DNA from: a virus
Taxonomy: Duplodnaviria; Caudoviricetes
Virus record (IMG/VR): IMGVR_UViG_3300050120_000105
Coordinates: 1-60,317 of that record
Reading direction: 5' to 3' (one strand)
DNA length: 60,317 nt
The notes under the pieces were generated by a model. The model did not search any database, was not told where the DNA came from, and worked only from the letters and a program-made list of their open reading frames with translations. How positions within the stretch are numbered: position 1 is the stretch's first letter; each line of letters opens with the position of its first letter. Positions 46,872 to 55,034 of the stretch are shown here, one piece after another. The position numbers were made by a program, and so were the translations under genes.

Positions 46872-47332
46872 TATACAGCCACTCCCGCGCGCATCTTGTC
46901 GAGCGCAGATCGCCCCGGCATAGGATCGCCGAAAAATCCTCCAGTCAGCCCGCGCTCACGGATGCGGTCGCGAAGCTCCTGGTCGAACACCAGCTTCGAT
47001 TTTGGCGTGAGCGCGATATGGCCGGCATAGTCGATCGTGACCGGACACGGCTTTCCCGGCAGCGGCGCCGGTTTCGGCTTTCGCCTGGGGAGATCCTCGA
47101 ATTCGATCATCAGCGCCACTTCGGCCTTGATGGCGAGCCGTCGCGCCTTGCGTTCGTCGACCCGGCGCTGGGTGCGGACTTCCGACATCATCGACTGGCA
47201 GGTCGAGCGCGGATGGCCGACCTTGCTCACGATATCGTCCCACGGGACGCGGCGACCTTCCAGCGAACAGGTGTCCACGGTGTCGGTCATGTATTTGAGC
47301 TGTTCCGCCGTCCATCGGTTTTCGTAACGCAT
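46871..47332 (-). CDS. hypothetical protein, N-terminal Myb/HTH-like
   Basis: RWTAEQ...W..I pattern; FFGDPMPGRSAL tail. Confidence 0.65.
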   Translation of the reverse strand: MRYENRWTAEQLKYMTDTVDTCSLEGRRVPWDDIVSKVGHPRSTCQSMMSEVRTQRRVDERKARRLAIKAEVALMIEFEDLPRRKPKPAPLPGKPCPVTIDYAGHIALTPKSKLVFDQELRDRIRERGLTGGFFGDPMPGRSALDKMRAGVAV

Positions 47333-47386
47333 TTACTTTTCCTTCCCTGTTATTTCGTTACGATCACCGTGCCCGGCGAAGCCTCT

Positions 47387-47419
47387 CTACGCGGCGCGAA
47401 GCCGCTATGCGTAGCGCTG
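47387..47419 (+). mobile_element. 33-bp palindromic mini-element copy that truncates a gene
   Basis: Exact copy; supplies the TAG at 47405-47407. Confidence 0.85.
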
Positions 47420-47704
47420 TGGCGAAGACGGGTCGCGCAGCGCCATCGCGGCGCCATCGACCAGAAAATTCGCCAGTTGGTCTTTTGTGATTTCGAATTC
47501 GAAAAACACGCCGCCAGCCGATTGAACCTTGACCACGAAGGTATTGCGCAGCGGCTCGGTCAGGTAGAACAGCTTTGCCTTCGGGTAGGCGTAAGGCTCA
47601 CGCGGCGCGTGGGCGTTGGTGAGGATGGTCTTATTTGGACAGTTCAACTTTGATTCCTCGTTATGAGCAGCGGCGGTGTCGGCTAAGTTCTTCGTGCCGG
47701 TCAC
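47405..47704 (-). CDS. hypothetical protein altered at both ends by insertions
   Basis: N-terminus reads through the cassette-B end; C-terminus cut by the 33-bp element. Confidence 0.55.
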   Translation of the reverse strand: MTGTKNLADTAAAHNEESKLNCPNKTILTNAHAPREPYAYPKAKLFYLTEPLRNTFVVKVQSAGGVFFEFEITKDQLANFLVDGAAMALRDPSSPQRYA

Positions 47705-48508
47705 AGTTCAAGTGCCTCTTGCTTTGCGGGCTTCGGCGGTTCGATGAACAAGTCAGGTCGCGCCAGCGCGTCGGTGATGCGGCGGCAGGCGATGTCGAAA
47801 TACTTGGGCTCAATCTCGATGCCGATGAACTTTCGGCCGAGCTTGACGGCGGCAACGCCGGTTGTGCCGGATCCCATGAAGGGGTCGAGGATGGTTTCGC
47901 CGGCATCGGAAAAAAGTTCTATCCACTCTCCGATAAGTTCGACCGGCTTTTGTGTGGGATGTTCGCCACGCGGTGACGGATAGGACCAGACAGCGCGCGA
48001 TCCTCCACCGTTCCAGCGTTTTGTTTCGTCTGCTCTATGGAAAATCGCAACGGCTTCCCATCCCGTCGCAGGCCTGTCGCCAGTAAACTGCGGCGCTCCG
48101 TTCGGCTTAACCCAAATTCCAAATCTCACCAGGGGAAGCCCGCTCGCCTCAGCGACTCCGATATGCCGCCAGTCGCATGTTAGGATGACCCACCTCCGCG
48201 CGATCGAAATCATCAACTCACACAATGTCAGAAAGTCTTCGCGGCTTAAGGATTCGAAATGGATACTGGCGACATTGTCCGCACCGCCGTTTTTTCCGAT
48301 ACGAGTTCGCGCGCCCGCATGAGTAACGGCGTCATAAGGCGGATCAGTCACCACGGCATCGACCTTGCCCAGTGTCGGCAGAATCTCCCGGCAGTCGCCG
48401 AGATAAAGCGTCACGCCTTCCGCCAGATGTTCGACACGATTCATTTTCTGCCTTCAGAACTTAGCCGCTGCCTTACCGTTTCGTCGTGACGCTAAAGTTG
48501 TACTATCC
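47637..48508 (-). mobile_element. Inverted-repeat cassette B (ends 47637-47690 and 48457-48508); cargo DNA methylase
   Basis: Both ends ~95% identical to the corresponding ends of cassette A. Confidence 0.8.
47701..48444 (-). CDS. N4/N6 DNA methyltransferase (beta class)
   Basis: VTDPPY, HPTQKP, LDPFMGSGTT. Confidence 0.92.
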   Translation of the reverse strand: MNRVEHLAEGVTLYLGDCREILPTLGKVDAVVTDPPYDAVTHAGARTRIGKNGGADNVASIHFESLSREDFLTLCELMISIARRWVILTCDWRHIGVAEASGLPLVRFGIWVKPNGAPQFTGDRPATGWEAVAIFHRADETKRWNGGGSRAVWSYPSPRGEHPTQKPVELIGEWIELFSDAGETILDPFMGSGTTGVAAVKLGRKFIGIEIEPKYFDIACRRITDALARPDLFIEPPKPAKQEALEL

Positions 48509-48530
48509 ATATCCAACCTAACGGCGAGCA

Positions 48531-48755
48531 TCATTGCGGCCTCCGCATCTTGCAATCGCATAGCCATTCCATGTGGACGACGTACTGATCATGATGCGGC
48601 ATCTGGACTCGCGGCCGAAGGATGATCCAGCCGAGGCGCAGCCAATCCAGGGCCTGCCAGCGCGGCACGTAATGGATGATGCGGTCCTTCACCGAACGAA
48701 CTCTGCTGATGGCGAAATCTCTCGCGCATGTGCGTAGCTTTTTGCGGGAAGCCAT
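48531..48755 (-). CDS. hypothetical protein (start uncertain)
   Basis: ORF in operon. Confidence 0.45.
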   Translation of the reverse strand: MASRKKLRTCARDFAISRVRSVKDRIIHYVPRWQALDWLRLGWIILRPRVQMPHHDQYVVHMEWLCDCKMRRPQ

Positions 48756-48886
48756 TTATTGGACCGATTGAGCGGAATATGCCGCGAAGGTGCGCGCGGT
48801 CGCGATTTGGCGAATGTCGCTTCCGGCCAGCCCTTGATCCGATCGGCGTTGCGTCGCGCTCCGCGATATTCTGATGCGTGTTTCAT
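48689..48886 (-). CDS. hypothetical basic protein
   Basis: ATGA coupling. Confidence 0.45.
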   Translation of the reverse strand: MKHASEYRGARRNADRIKGWPEATFAKSRPRAPSRHIPLNRSNKWLPAKSYAHAREISPSAEFVR

Positions 48887-50010
48887 GCCGCTTCGTCCTC
48901 TGCGTTTGGCTGTGCCTTGCGCACGGGACTCGCCGTGAACCGGATCGCGTCGTCAGGCTTGGAAAGGGCTTCGCGGCAGCCAGGCGGTATCCAGAACGGC
49001 GCCAGTGGCTGGGCTCCCTTCAACCAGACCAGCCACATGTACGCGGTTGCGGTAGATCCCTCCGGGTCCCATCGCCCCTTGCAGAGATTGACGCGCTCGG
49101 CAAAGAACGCGATCAGCGTCGGCGGTGTGTCCTTGAAGATGCGTTCATAGCGACCGATCGAATCGAGCCATTGCACGCGCATGAACATCGCAATGCCGGT
49201 GCCGACCAGATCGAGCGCTTTCAGCACAAAGGCCTCGCCGAGATCGCCGAAGGGCGGGTTGGTGATGATCCAGTCCGCGCCTCGGAGTATTTCGGGACCG
49301 AGGAAGTCGACAACGCGGTCGCCATAACCATAATCGTGAATGTCGGAGGCGATCACCGAGCGGAAATATTCCCGCAACACTTCGGCCATGTGGCCATCGC
49401 CGCATGCCGGTTCCCACGCGTGCTGCCATTTGCAATGGCCGCGACGTTCGAGGTGCGGGAAAACATGTTCGATCAGCGCGCGCGTAGCCCAGGGCGGCGT
49501 CGGGAAGTGGTCTAGGCTGTCGTCGGGTTCCTGCCGTGAGCCCATGACGGCGCGGGCACTGTTGATGGCGGCCTCGCCGATCCGCATCAGATCCATGGTG
49601 ACGCGGGTCTGGCCGGCTTCCATTTCGTCGCGCCACGCGCCGACGCGCGCCTCAAACTCTGCCGGGGGCACCGCAGCCATCTTTTGGGCATGAGCCGAAA
49701 ACTTATGAGAGACGCCGATATCCTCCAGTTTGATCGGAGAAACCCCTTCCGGTTCGGCAGTGGTTTTGGCTGGAGGGCGGCCGCCCTTATGGAGCCCAAT
49801 GGTCTCTTTTTGCGCGGCAATCATCTGGCCGAATCGGCGCTCGGCGTGAAAACGAATCTCGGCGGCGTCGATTTCGAGGCTACGATCACCGGCGCGCCGA
49901 GCGTATTCCTTCATCGCCACGGCCTTGTCGAGGATCGACTTGACGTCGTCGACGGCCTTGGCCTCGGCGAGCATGATGCGGGCTTGATCGTAGGGGACGA
50001 GATCCGTCAT
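48883..50010 (-). CDS. Adenine-type DNA methyltransferase with N-terminal helical/HTH domain
   Basis: DHFPTPPWAT, WEPACGDGHM, IITNPPF. Confidence 0.85.
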   Translation of the reverse strand: MTDLVPYDQARIMLAEAKAVDDVKSILDKAVAMKEYARRAGDRSLEIDAAEIRFHAERRFGQMIAAQKETIGLHKGGRPPAKTTAEPEGVSPIKLEDIGVSHKFSAHAQKMAAVPPAEFEARVGAWRDEMEAGQTRVTMDLMRIGEAAINSARAVMGSRQEPDDSLDHFPTPPWATRALIEHVFPHLERRGHCKWQHAWEPACGDGHMAEVLREYFRSVIASDIHDYGYGDRVVDFLGPEILRGADWIITNPPFGDLGEAFVLKALDLVGTGIAMFMRVQWLDSIGRYERIFKDTPPTLIAFFAERVNLCKGRWDPEGSTATAYMWLVWLKGAQPLAPFWIPPGCREALSKPDDAIRFTASPVRKAQPNAEDEAA

Positions 50011-50036
50011 CTAGCGAACCTCGCGACAGGTCATTT

Positions 50037-50420
50037 TCAGCCGGGAGGCAGCGCCTCCCGATAGATTTCCTTGCCGGGCACCAAATCCCAGATGTTCCGG
50101 CAGAATGGTTCGCCGTGCGTCATGTCCATCAACCACTTCATGGTGACGCCACGATCCCAAAACCACTCGCCGCGCAGATGGCCTTCGCGCAATTGCTGAT
50201 GCACCAGCGGTTCGACATCCGGCGGAGCCGCGACGACCCCAATAAGTTCGAGTTTCCGCGCGCTGCCAACTTGGAGATCGGAAAGCCGGTGCCAATGGTC
50301 GCGTGAGTATCCGACCTTGATCGCGTCGGCCTCCGCATCGCGGATGAAGTAAACTGAGCCGAGTTCGGTTTCCGCGATCCAGAATTCTCGCAGAGAGACC
50401 AATCGAGTACGCAGGAACAT
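50037..50420 (-). CDS. GIY-YIG-like (T5orf172/Mug113) domain protein
   Basis: VYFI, IKVGYS, RLSDLQ, E..VH, GEWF. Confidence 0.75.
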   Translation of the reverse strand: MFLRTRLVSLREFWIAETELGSVYFIRDAEADAIKVGYSRDHWHRLSDLQVGSARKLELIGVVAAPPDVEPLVHQQLREGHLRGEWFWDRGVTMKWLMDMTHGEPFCRNIWDLVPGKEIYREALPPG

Positions 50421-50742
50421 AACACCCTCGCTGGCTGGCGATACAATCTAAGCGTTTAGCACAGAATGCGGCGATCTTCATGATTAAGGTTGCACTCATA
50501 GGTTTGCACTCGCTCGGGATAAGAACCGTTCGACGACGCACGCAAAACTCATTTACCGGGGACGCAACACAACGCGCAGAAACCGCTCAAAAAAAGCAGT
50601 CAGAAAGGACGTGAGGACCTTCGAAACCGGACGACGTTGGTCGCTTCGGACCGGCGATCGGCCCTGGTGCGCAGCACGTAGCGCAGCGCAAAGTAGGCGA
50701 TGGCGAGGATGGTGAAGGCGGCATAGCCGTAAAGGATCGTGG

Positions 50743-51045
50743 TCATGCGGCCTCCGCGAAACGCTCTGAGGCTTCAAGAATCGACTGGATCAAGCGCCAG
50801 CCGCTTTCAGATGGTCTAAAGAACGGCCCGCGCGGAGATTCTCCGGGCACTTTCCTGTTCCAGATTTCGATCAGTTCACGCCGCCACAGCGGCACCACTG
50901 CGCGGCGCGAAGCCGCTATGCGCAGCGCCGTTGCCTCTCGCTGATCGCGAGTCAGGGTAATCTGACCGCCATTGGAGCAGCAGATCGCGAGATGTTTCAA
51001 TGTCGCGATCTGCCGGTTTGAGAGACGTTCGCCTTTCACAGGCAT
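50743..51045 (-). CDS. hypothetical protein with in-frame 33-bp element
   Basis: Contains TALRIAASRRAV derived from the element. Confidence 0.65.
   Translation of the reverse strand: MPVKGERLSNRQIATLKHLAICCSNGGQITLTRDQREATALRIAASRRAVVPLWRRELIEIWNRKVPGESPRGPFFRPSESGWRLIQSILEASERFAEAA
50898..50930 (+). mobile_element. 33-bp palindromic mini-element copy (in-frame insertion)
   Basis: CTGCGCGGCGCGAAGCCGCTATGCGCAGCGCCG. Confidence 0.85.
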
Positions 51046-51602
51046 TCTCCGATAATTTCACGCTTGAGGGCGGCAACCTTGTCTTCGTCCGTTTGAACCT
51101 CGCCGATCAATGCAACCAGCCACCAGCGTTCGCCTTTCCATTTCGGCGGAATGAACGTCGCGTGCAGACCTTGCGCGGTGCAGATCCGCAGCGGTCCCTT
51201 GATGGTTTCGATGGTGCCCGGGCCAACGGGATCGTTCTTTCCACCATTCGCCGCGCGACCATTCTTGTCGGAACGCCAGAAGGCAATCATCGCGCCTTCT
51301 TGCTGCAGCTCCGCAAAACGCTTTTGCTGTTGCTCTGGCATCTTCCTTGCAAAATTCGGAATCGTGGCCAACCAATATTCCTTGGAGCCGGAGCCGTAGC
51401 CGTAGCCGGAGCCGTCGCCGGAGCCGGAGCCGGAGCCGGAGCCGTCGCCGGAGCCGTAGCCGTCGCCGGAGCCGTAGCCGTAGCCGTAGCCGGAGCCGGA
51501 GCCGTAGCCGTAGCCGGAGCCGTCGCCGGAGCCGGAGCCGTCGCCGGAGCCGTTCAAAAATGAGTGCGGGACTTCGCCCCGCACGAGTCTCGCTTCGCTC
51601 AT
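51036..51602 (-). CDS. Gly-(Ser/Tyr/Asp) repeat protein
   Basis: ATG 51602 coupled; GSGDGSGYGYG tract. Confidence 0.75.
   Translation of the reverse strand: MSEARLVRGEVPHSFLNGSGDGSGSGDGSGYGYGSGSGYGYGYGSGDGYGSGDGSGSGSGSGDGSGYGYGSGSKEYWLATIPNFARKMPEQQQKRFAELQQEGAMIAFWRSDKNGRAANGGKNDPVGPGTIETIKGPLRICTAQGLHATFIPPKWKGERWWLVALIGEVQTDEDKVAALKREIIGECL
51383..51552. repeat. Hexamer microsatellite (GGCTCC/GGCTAC/GGCGAC on minus strand)
   Basis: ~28 tandem 6-bp units. Confidence 0.9.
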
Positions 51603-51925
51603 TTCCATGGTGCGCTTTCCCATGCTGCGACAGCGGCAGTCGTGACCTCGGCAACCGAGGTAATGTCGCGAAGCTCGATATCGGCGGCCGGCCCGACGCG
51701 CGCGCCTTTGACCGGCCCCATGTTGGCGAGGCCCATGAAGCCCTTGTTTTCTGCCGGCCAATAGATGCAGTTACGCGCCGCGCGAAGCTTGATGGTCTCA
51801 CCGTCGGTATCGAGGGCGTAACCAAAGAACACGCCTCTGTGACTTGTTGTAACTAGAACTGCCCTCTCTTCTTTCTTCAAATGTGCCGCCAAGTGTTCCT
51901 CCCGTTTGATTAAAGATGAGCCCAT
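51599..51925 (-). CDS. Conserved phage protein (DUF6948-like), usual partner of GYG-repeat proteins
   Basis: VLVTTSHRGVFFG, ARNCIYW, GLA..GP. Confidence 0.7.
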   Translation of the reverse strand: MGSSLIKREEHLAAHLKKEERAVLVTTSHRGVFFGYALDTDGETIKLRAARNCIYWPAENKGFMGLANMGPVKGARVGPAADIELRDITSVAEVTTAAVAAWESAPWK

Positions 51926-52539
51926 GCTCTCCGTGCCCGGATCGCAGAGACGGTTTCCATGCTGATCAAGTATTGTGAAGCGATTTCGCGACGCGTCCGC
52001 TTGTCAGACCTGATGGCCACGACCTGTTCAGGCTGCAGTTTTGCGGTATGAACGCGCTCACCTCTGTTGTGACGATCCTTCGCAATGCAATCGCGATTGT
52101 TGTCGACCCTGGTACCGGCAAAGAGATGGCTTGGCCGACAACAGGCTGGGTTATCGCAGGAGTGACAGGCGCAGAGACCTGCGGCCAACTTCCCTCTTGT
52201 GATTAGATATGCGGCCTGATGCGCTTGCCGTGGAAATCCTTTCTCAGAATAGCGTGCGTAGCCATCCTTTGAGCGAGCCGAAGGATATTCCCAACAACCG
52301 GCCTTGCCAGCTTGATCAAGTAAAAACGCAGCCATTCTCGGATGGCGACGACCATAACAGCCGCAGGATTTGGTGTGCCCGCTCCGTAGACCGGACGTAA
52401 GGGCAATCACCACTACCGCGCCGCAGTCGCATAGACATTTCCAGCGCTGCTGTGCGTGGACGTTTGAATCTAGCCGCTCAATTACGAGCAATCGTGCAAA
52501 ACGCTGCCCTACAAGATCAAACCGCTGCCCGCTGGTCAT
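51910..52539 (-). CDS. HNH homing endonuclease
   Basis: WKCLCDCG, TKSCGC, CWEY, CHSCDNPACCRPSHL..GT..DN. Confidence 0.85.
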   Translation of the reverse strand: MTSGQRFDLVGQRFARLLVIERLDSNVHAQQRWKCLCDCGAVVVIALTSGLRSGHTKSCGCYGRRHPRMAAFLLDQAGKAGCWEYPSARSKDGYARYSEKGFPRQAHQAAYLITRGKLAAGLCACHSCDNPACCRPSHLFAGTRVDNNRDCIAKDRHNRGERVHTAKLQPEQVVAIRSDKRTRREIASQYLISMETVSAIRARRAWAHL

Positions 52540-52548
52540 GCGGCGCTC

Positions 52549-52827
52549 CTATCGTCGGTCAGGCAGCCAAAGATTGATGACGGCTTGGATAGTGCGCGCG
52601 GTAGGCTCCTGCTCGCCTGAAATCTGATAAGCGGCGGCGCGTACCGAGCAACCGACAAGGGCCGCGAGTTCTTCTGCGGTTTTGTTCGGCCACATCCCTT
52701 TGCAAGCTTTACCGAACCACGAACTGCAAATTCTTGCATCGCCCTGCAGGATGTTTCGCTCGATTTTCGCGGCGCCCGCGATCTCGCGCTCGTAAACCGT
52801 ACGCATGAACAAACCCCTGATACGCAA
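52549..52827 (-). CDS. CII-like HTH regulator
   Basis: WPNKTAEELAALVGCSVRAA..QISGE; downstream of cro. Confidence 0.55.
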   Translation of the reverse strand: MRIRGLFMRTVYEREIAGAAKIERNILQGDARICSSWFGKACKGMWPNKTAEELAALVGCSVRAAAYQISGEQEPTARTIQAVINLWLPDRR

Positions 52828-52957
52828 TGCAACAAATCAACTGCCGTTAACCCAACTGAGAGAAAAATTTTCCGTGACACGAAACCGCCATACGGACCAT
52901 GCTGCGGCAAAACGCGCAGGGGGCGGAAATGGGGAAGATTATTCGATTTCCGGGGCA

Positions 52958-53170
52958 TCAGGCGCGCACCTCGGTTTCCAGGGGATACAAATCGGGGCGC
53001 AGTTCATGCCTGGAGACGCCGGAGACGCGCTCGACCACCAGCACGCGAAGCGGAGGAACCTCATTCCATTGTGAAACGGCCTGCGCAGTCACACCGACGG
53101 CCCGCGCAAACTTGGCCTGGCCGCCGACATTTTCGACCGCTCGTTTGAGGGCTTCTTTCTTGTCATCCAT
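52958..53170 (-). CDS. cro: Cro-like (YdaS family) repressor
   Basis: GGQAKFARAVGVTAQAVSQW, VSRHELRPDLY. Confidence 0.88.
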   Translation of the reverse strand: MDDKKEALKRAVENVGGQAKFARAVGVTAQAVSQWNEVPPLRVLVVERVSGVSRHELRPDLYPLETEVRA

Positions 53171-53181
53171 AGTCGTCACCT

Positions 53182-53243
53182 CAAGCATGGCTTTTACCTC
53201 AAAGTCAAGTTTTGCTTCATTGTTTGCCTAAAGCCGGGCTTTA
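53182..53243. promoter_or_regulatory. Three putative operators AAG(C/T)-N3-GCTT between cro and cI
   Basis: CAAGCATGGCTTT 53182, CAAGTTTTGCTTC 53206, TAAAGCCGGGCTTTA 53229; TATAAT at 53242. Confidence 0.7.
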
Positions 53244-53253
53244 TAATGCGGAA

Positions 53254-53574
53254 ATGACTTTAGGAAATCGCATCAAGGCGGCCCGCGAGCGCCTTCGGCC
53301 AAAGCCGACTCAGGCCGAGATAGGTGCCCACTTCGGCGTCACCGACAAAGCTGTCTCCGGGTGGGAACGAGACGAGGCAATCCCGGAACTGGATAAGATC
53401 GCTAAGTTGTCGAGATTACTCAGGATTCCAGTTATTTGGCTGCTCGAAGGGACGGACGATCCACCTCCCCCCGATTCGCTGGAAAAGGACATCGAACAGC
53501 TCCAGCCCCATGAACGCGCCGTGGTGCGCACCATGGTCGACGCTTTCAGCAAAAACCGGGATACCGTCGCCTAA
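53254..53574 (+). CDS. cI: CI-like XRE repressor without peptidase domain
   Basis: LGNRIKAAR, TQAEIG..FGVTDKAVSGWE; divergent from cro; probably leaderless ATG. Confidence 0.85.
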   Translation: MTLGNRIKAARERLRPKPTQAEIGAHFGVTDKAVSGWERDEAIPELDKIAKLSRLLRIPVIWLLEGTDDPPPPDSLEKDIEQLQPHERAVVRTMVDAFSKNRDTVA

Positions 53575-53612
53575 TCCACAGCTTTCGTGGCCGGCCAGAT
53601 ATTTTTTGATAT

Positions 53613-53638
53613 TTGACTAAAGCAACAAGCTATGCTTG
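53613..53638 (+). promoter_or_regulatory. Early rightward promoter/operator
   Basis: TTGACT followed by palindrome CAAGCTATGCTTG. Confidence 0.6.
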
Positions 53639-53671
53639 AGTGCTCCCACACCAACAGGGAGCCGCCACCCC

Positions 53672-53998
53672 ATGACAACCACCTTCCAGACAGAACCCCG
53701 CCCTTCCCCGCTCTACCTCGTCCTCTGTGGCCAGCACATCGACGAATACGCAGCCGAGCGCGACGTCAACGACATGGATCGCGAGACAACGATCCGCGAT
53801 ATCGCAGCCGGCGAATTCGAAACGCTCTCGCGCGTGATCGAGATCGGCACCGGCGCCGATGTCACCAAGGACTTCGCCAGACAGGTCATGACGATCTGGG
53901 CTGGGCGAGGCGAGACGCTTTCTTACCGTCAATATGAATTCGTCGAGATCCACGTCGGTACGCGCGCGGCGCGGTCGTTTCTGCGGAGGGCTGCGTGA
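53672..53998 (+). CDS. hypothetical protein
   Basis: GGGAG RBS, ATG 53672. Confidence 0.65.
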   Translation: MTTTFQTEPRPSPLYLVLCGQHIDEYAAERDVNDMDRETTIRDIAAGEFETLSRVIEIGTGADVTKDFARQVMTIWAGRGETLSYRQYEFVEIHVGTRAARSFLRRAA

Positions 53999-54255
53999 TG
54001 GTCGCGATCGGCGGAAAGCCTCGCAAGGCAAAGCTTCCCTCGCAGCCGCAAGTCGTCGTGCAGCGCGCCGCTTTCACCAACGAATTCGCGCTGTTCAGTG
54101 CCGACGACAAAGGCATGACGATCATCACATGGATCGGCGACCCGAACGCCGCGACCAAATTCAATTCGAAATATGAAGCCAAATCCCGCGTGCGCGACAT
54201 GCATGACGTTCCGGACTCGCGCGTGTTCAAGGTTTTGCAGAAGGAGACTGTGTGA
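53995..54255 (+). CDS. hypothetical protein
   Basis: Coupled ORF. Confidence 0.6.
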   Translation: MMVAIGGKPRKAKLPSQPQVVVQRAAFTNEFALFSADDKGMTIITWIGDPNAATKFNSKYEAKSRVRDMHDVPDSRVFKVLQKETV

Positions 54256-55034
54256 TGATGATGTTAGACCGCGCTGAAATCCCCGCAACCGACCGCCTTG
54301 TCAGCACTGCCGACAACCAGCCCTCGCGCATCGACTTCGCCGTCGAAGCCTATGACGAACTGCGCACGTACCTGAAATCGCATCCCGTTGTTATGAGCCA
54401 GGACGATGCCCAGGCCGGCGCCGCCGTAAACGAGCGCACGCTTGTCGCTTTGAACGAAGCCCGCGCCGAACGCGAGACCAAAACCCGCCCGTTCCGCGAC
54501 CGGCTGAATGCGATCTTCGATGCCTACGCGCTGGTCAAGGACAAGGGCACGCTGGAAACCGCCCGCGGCGAGCTGCGCAAGCGGCTGACAAAATACGCCA
54601 ACGATATCGAGGCCAAGCGCATCGCCGAGGTCGAGCGGTTGCGCAAGGAAGCCGAAGAAGCCGAACGGATTGCCCGCGAAGCCGAAGCCGCCGAACGCGA
54701 GGCGATCGACGATGCCGAACAGGGCGTCGAGAGCGACGTCGGCGAGGCAATCCAGCAGGCGGATCAGGCGTTCACGGACTTCCGGCGCGCGGACAAGACG
54801 GCTGCGATCGCCGCCAAGAACGTGCCGGTGCGGTTCAAGAGCGTGCTGGGAGGCAATTCGCGCGGCATGCGGACGGTCGAGGTTTTGGTGATCGAGGATG
54901 TCGCCAAGGTGATCAGGATTTTAGGGATGACCGACAAGATCAGGGACGCGATTTTGTCCAGCGCCCGCGACTACCGCCGCGAATACGACGAGCTTCCCGC
55001 CGGCATCACCGCAACCTTTGAGAGGACTTTGTAA
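54252..55034 (+). CDS. Coiled-coil early protein (recombination-region)
   Basis: AAGGAG RBS; long EAR-rich helix; LPAGI tail. Confidence 0.7.
   Translation: MMMMLDRAEIPATDRLVSTADNQPSRIDFAVEAYDELRTYLKSHPVVMSQDDAQAGAAVNERTLVALNEARAERETKTRPFRDRLNAIFDAYALVKDKGTLETARGELRKRLTKYANDIEAKRIAEVERLRKEAEEAERIAREAEAAEREAIDDAEQGVESDVGEAIQQADQAFTDFRRADKTAAIAAKNVPVRFKSVLGGNSRGMRTVEVLVIEDVAKVIRILGMTDKIRDAILSSARDYRREYDELPAGITATFERTL

Noticed and set aside
51058-51856. Arg-Leu / Arg-Ser repeat ORFs
   Set aside because: Alternative frames of the Gly-X hexamer repeat.
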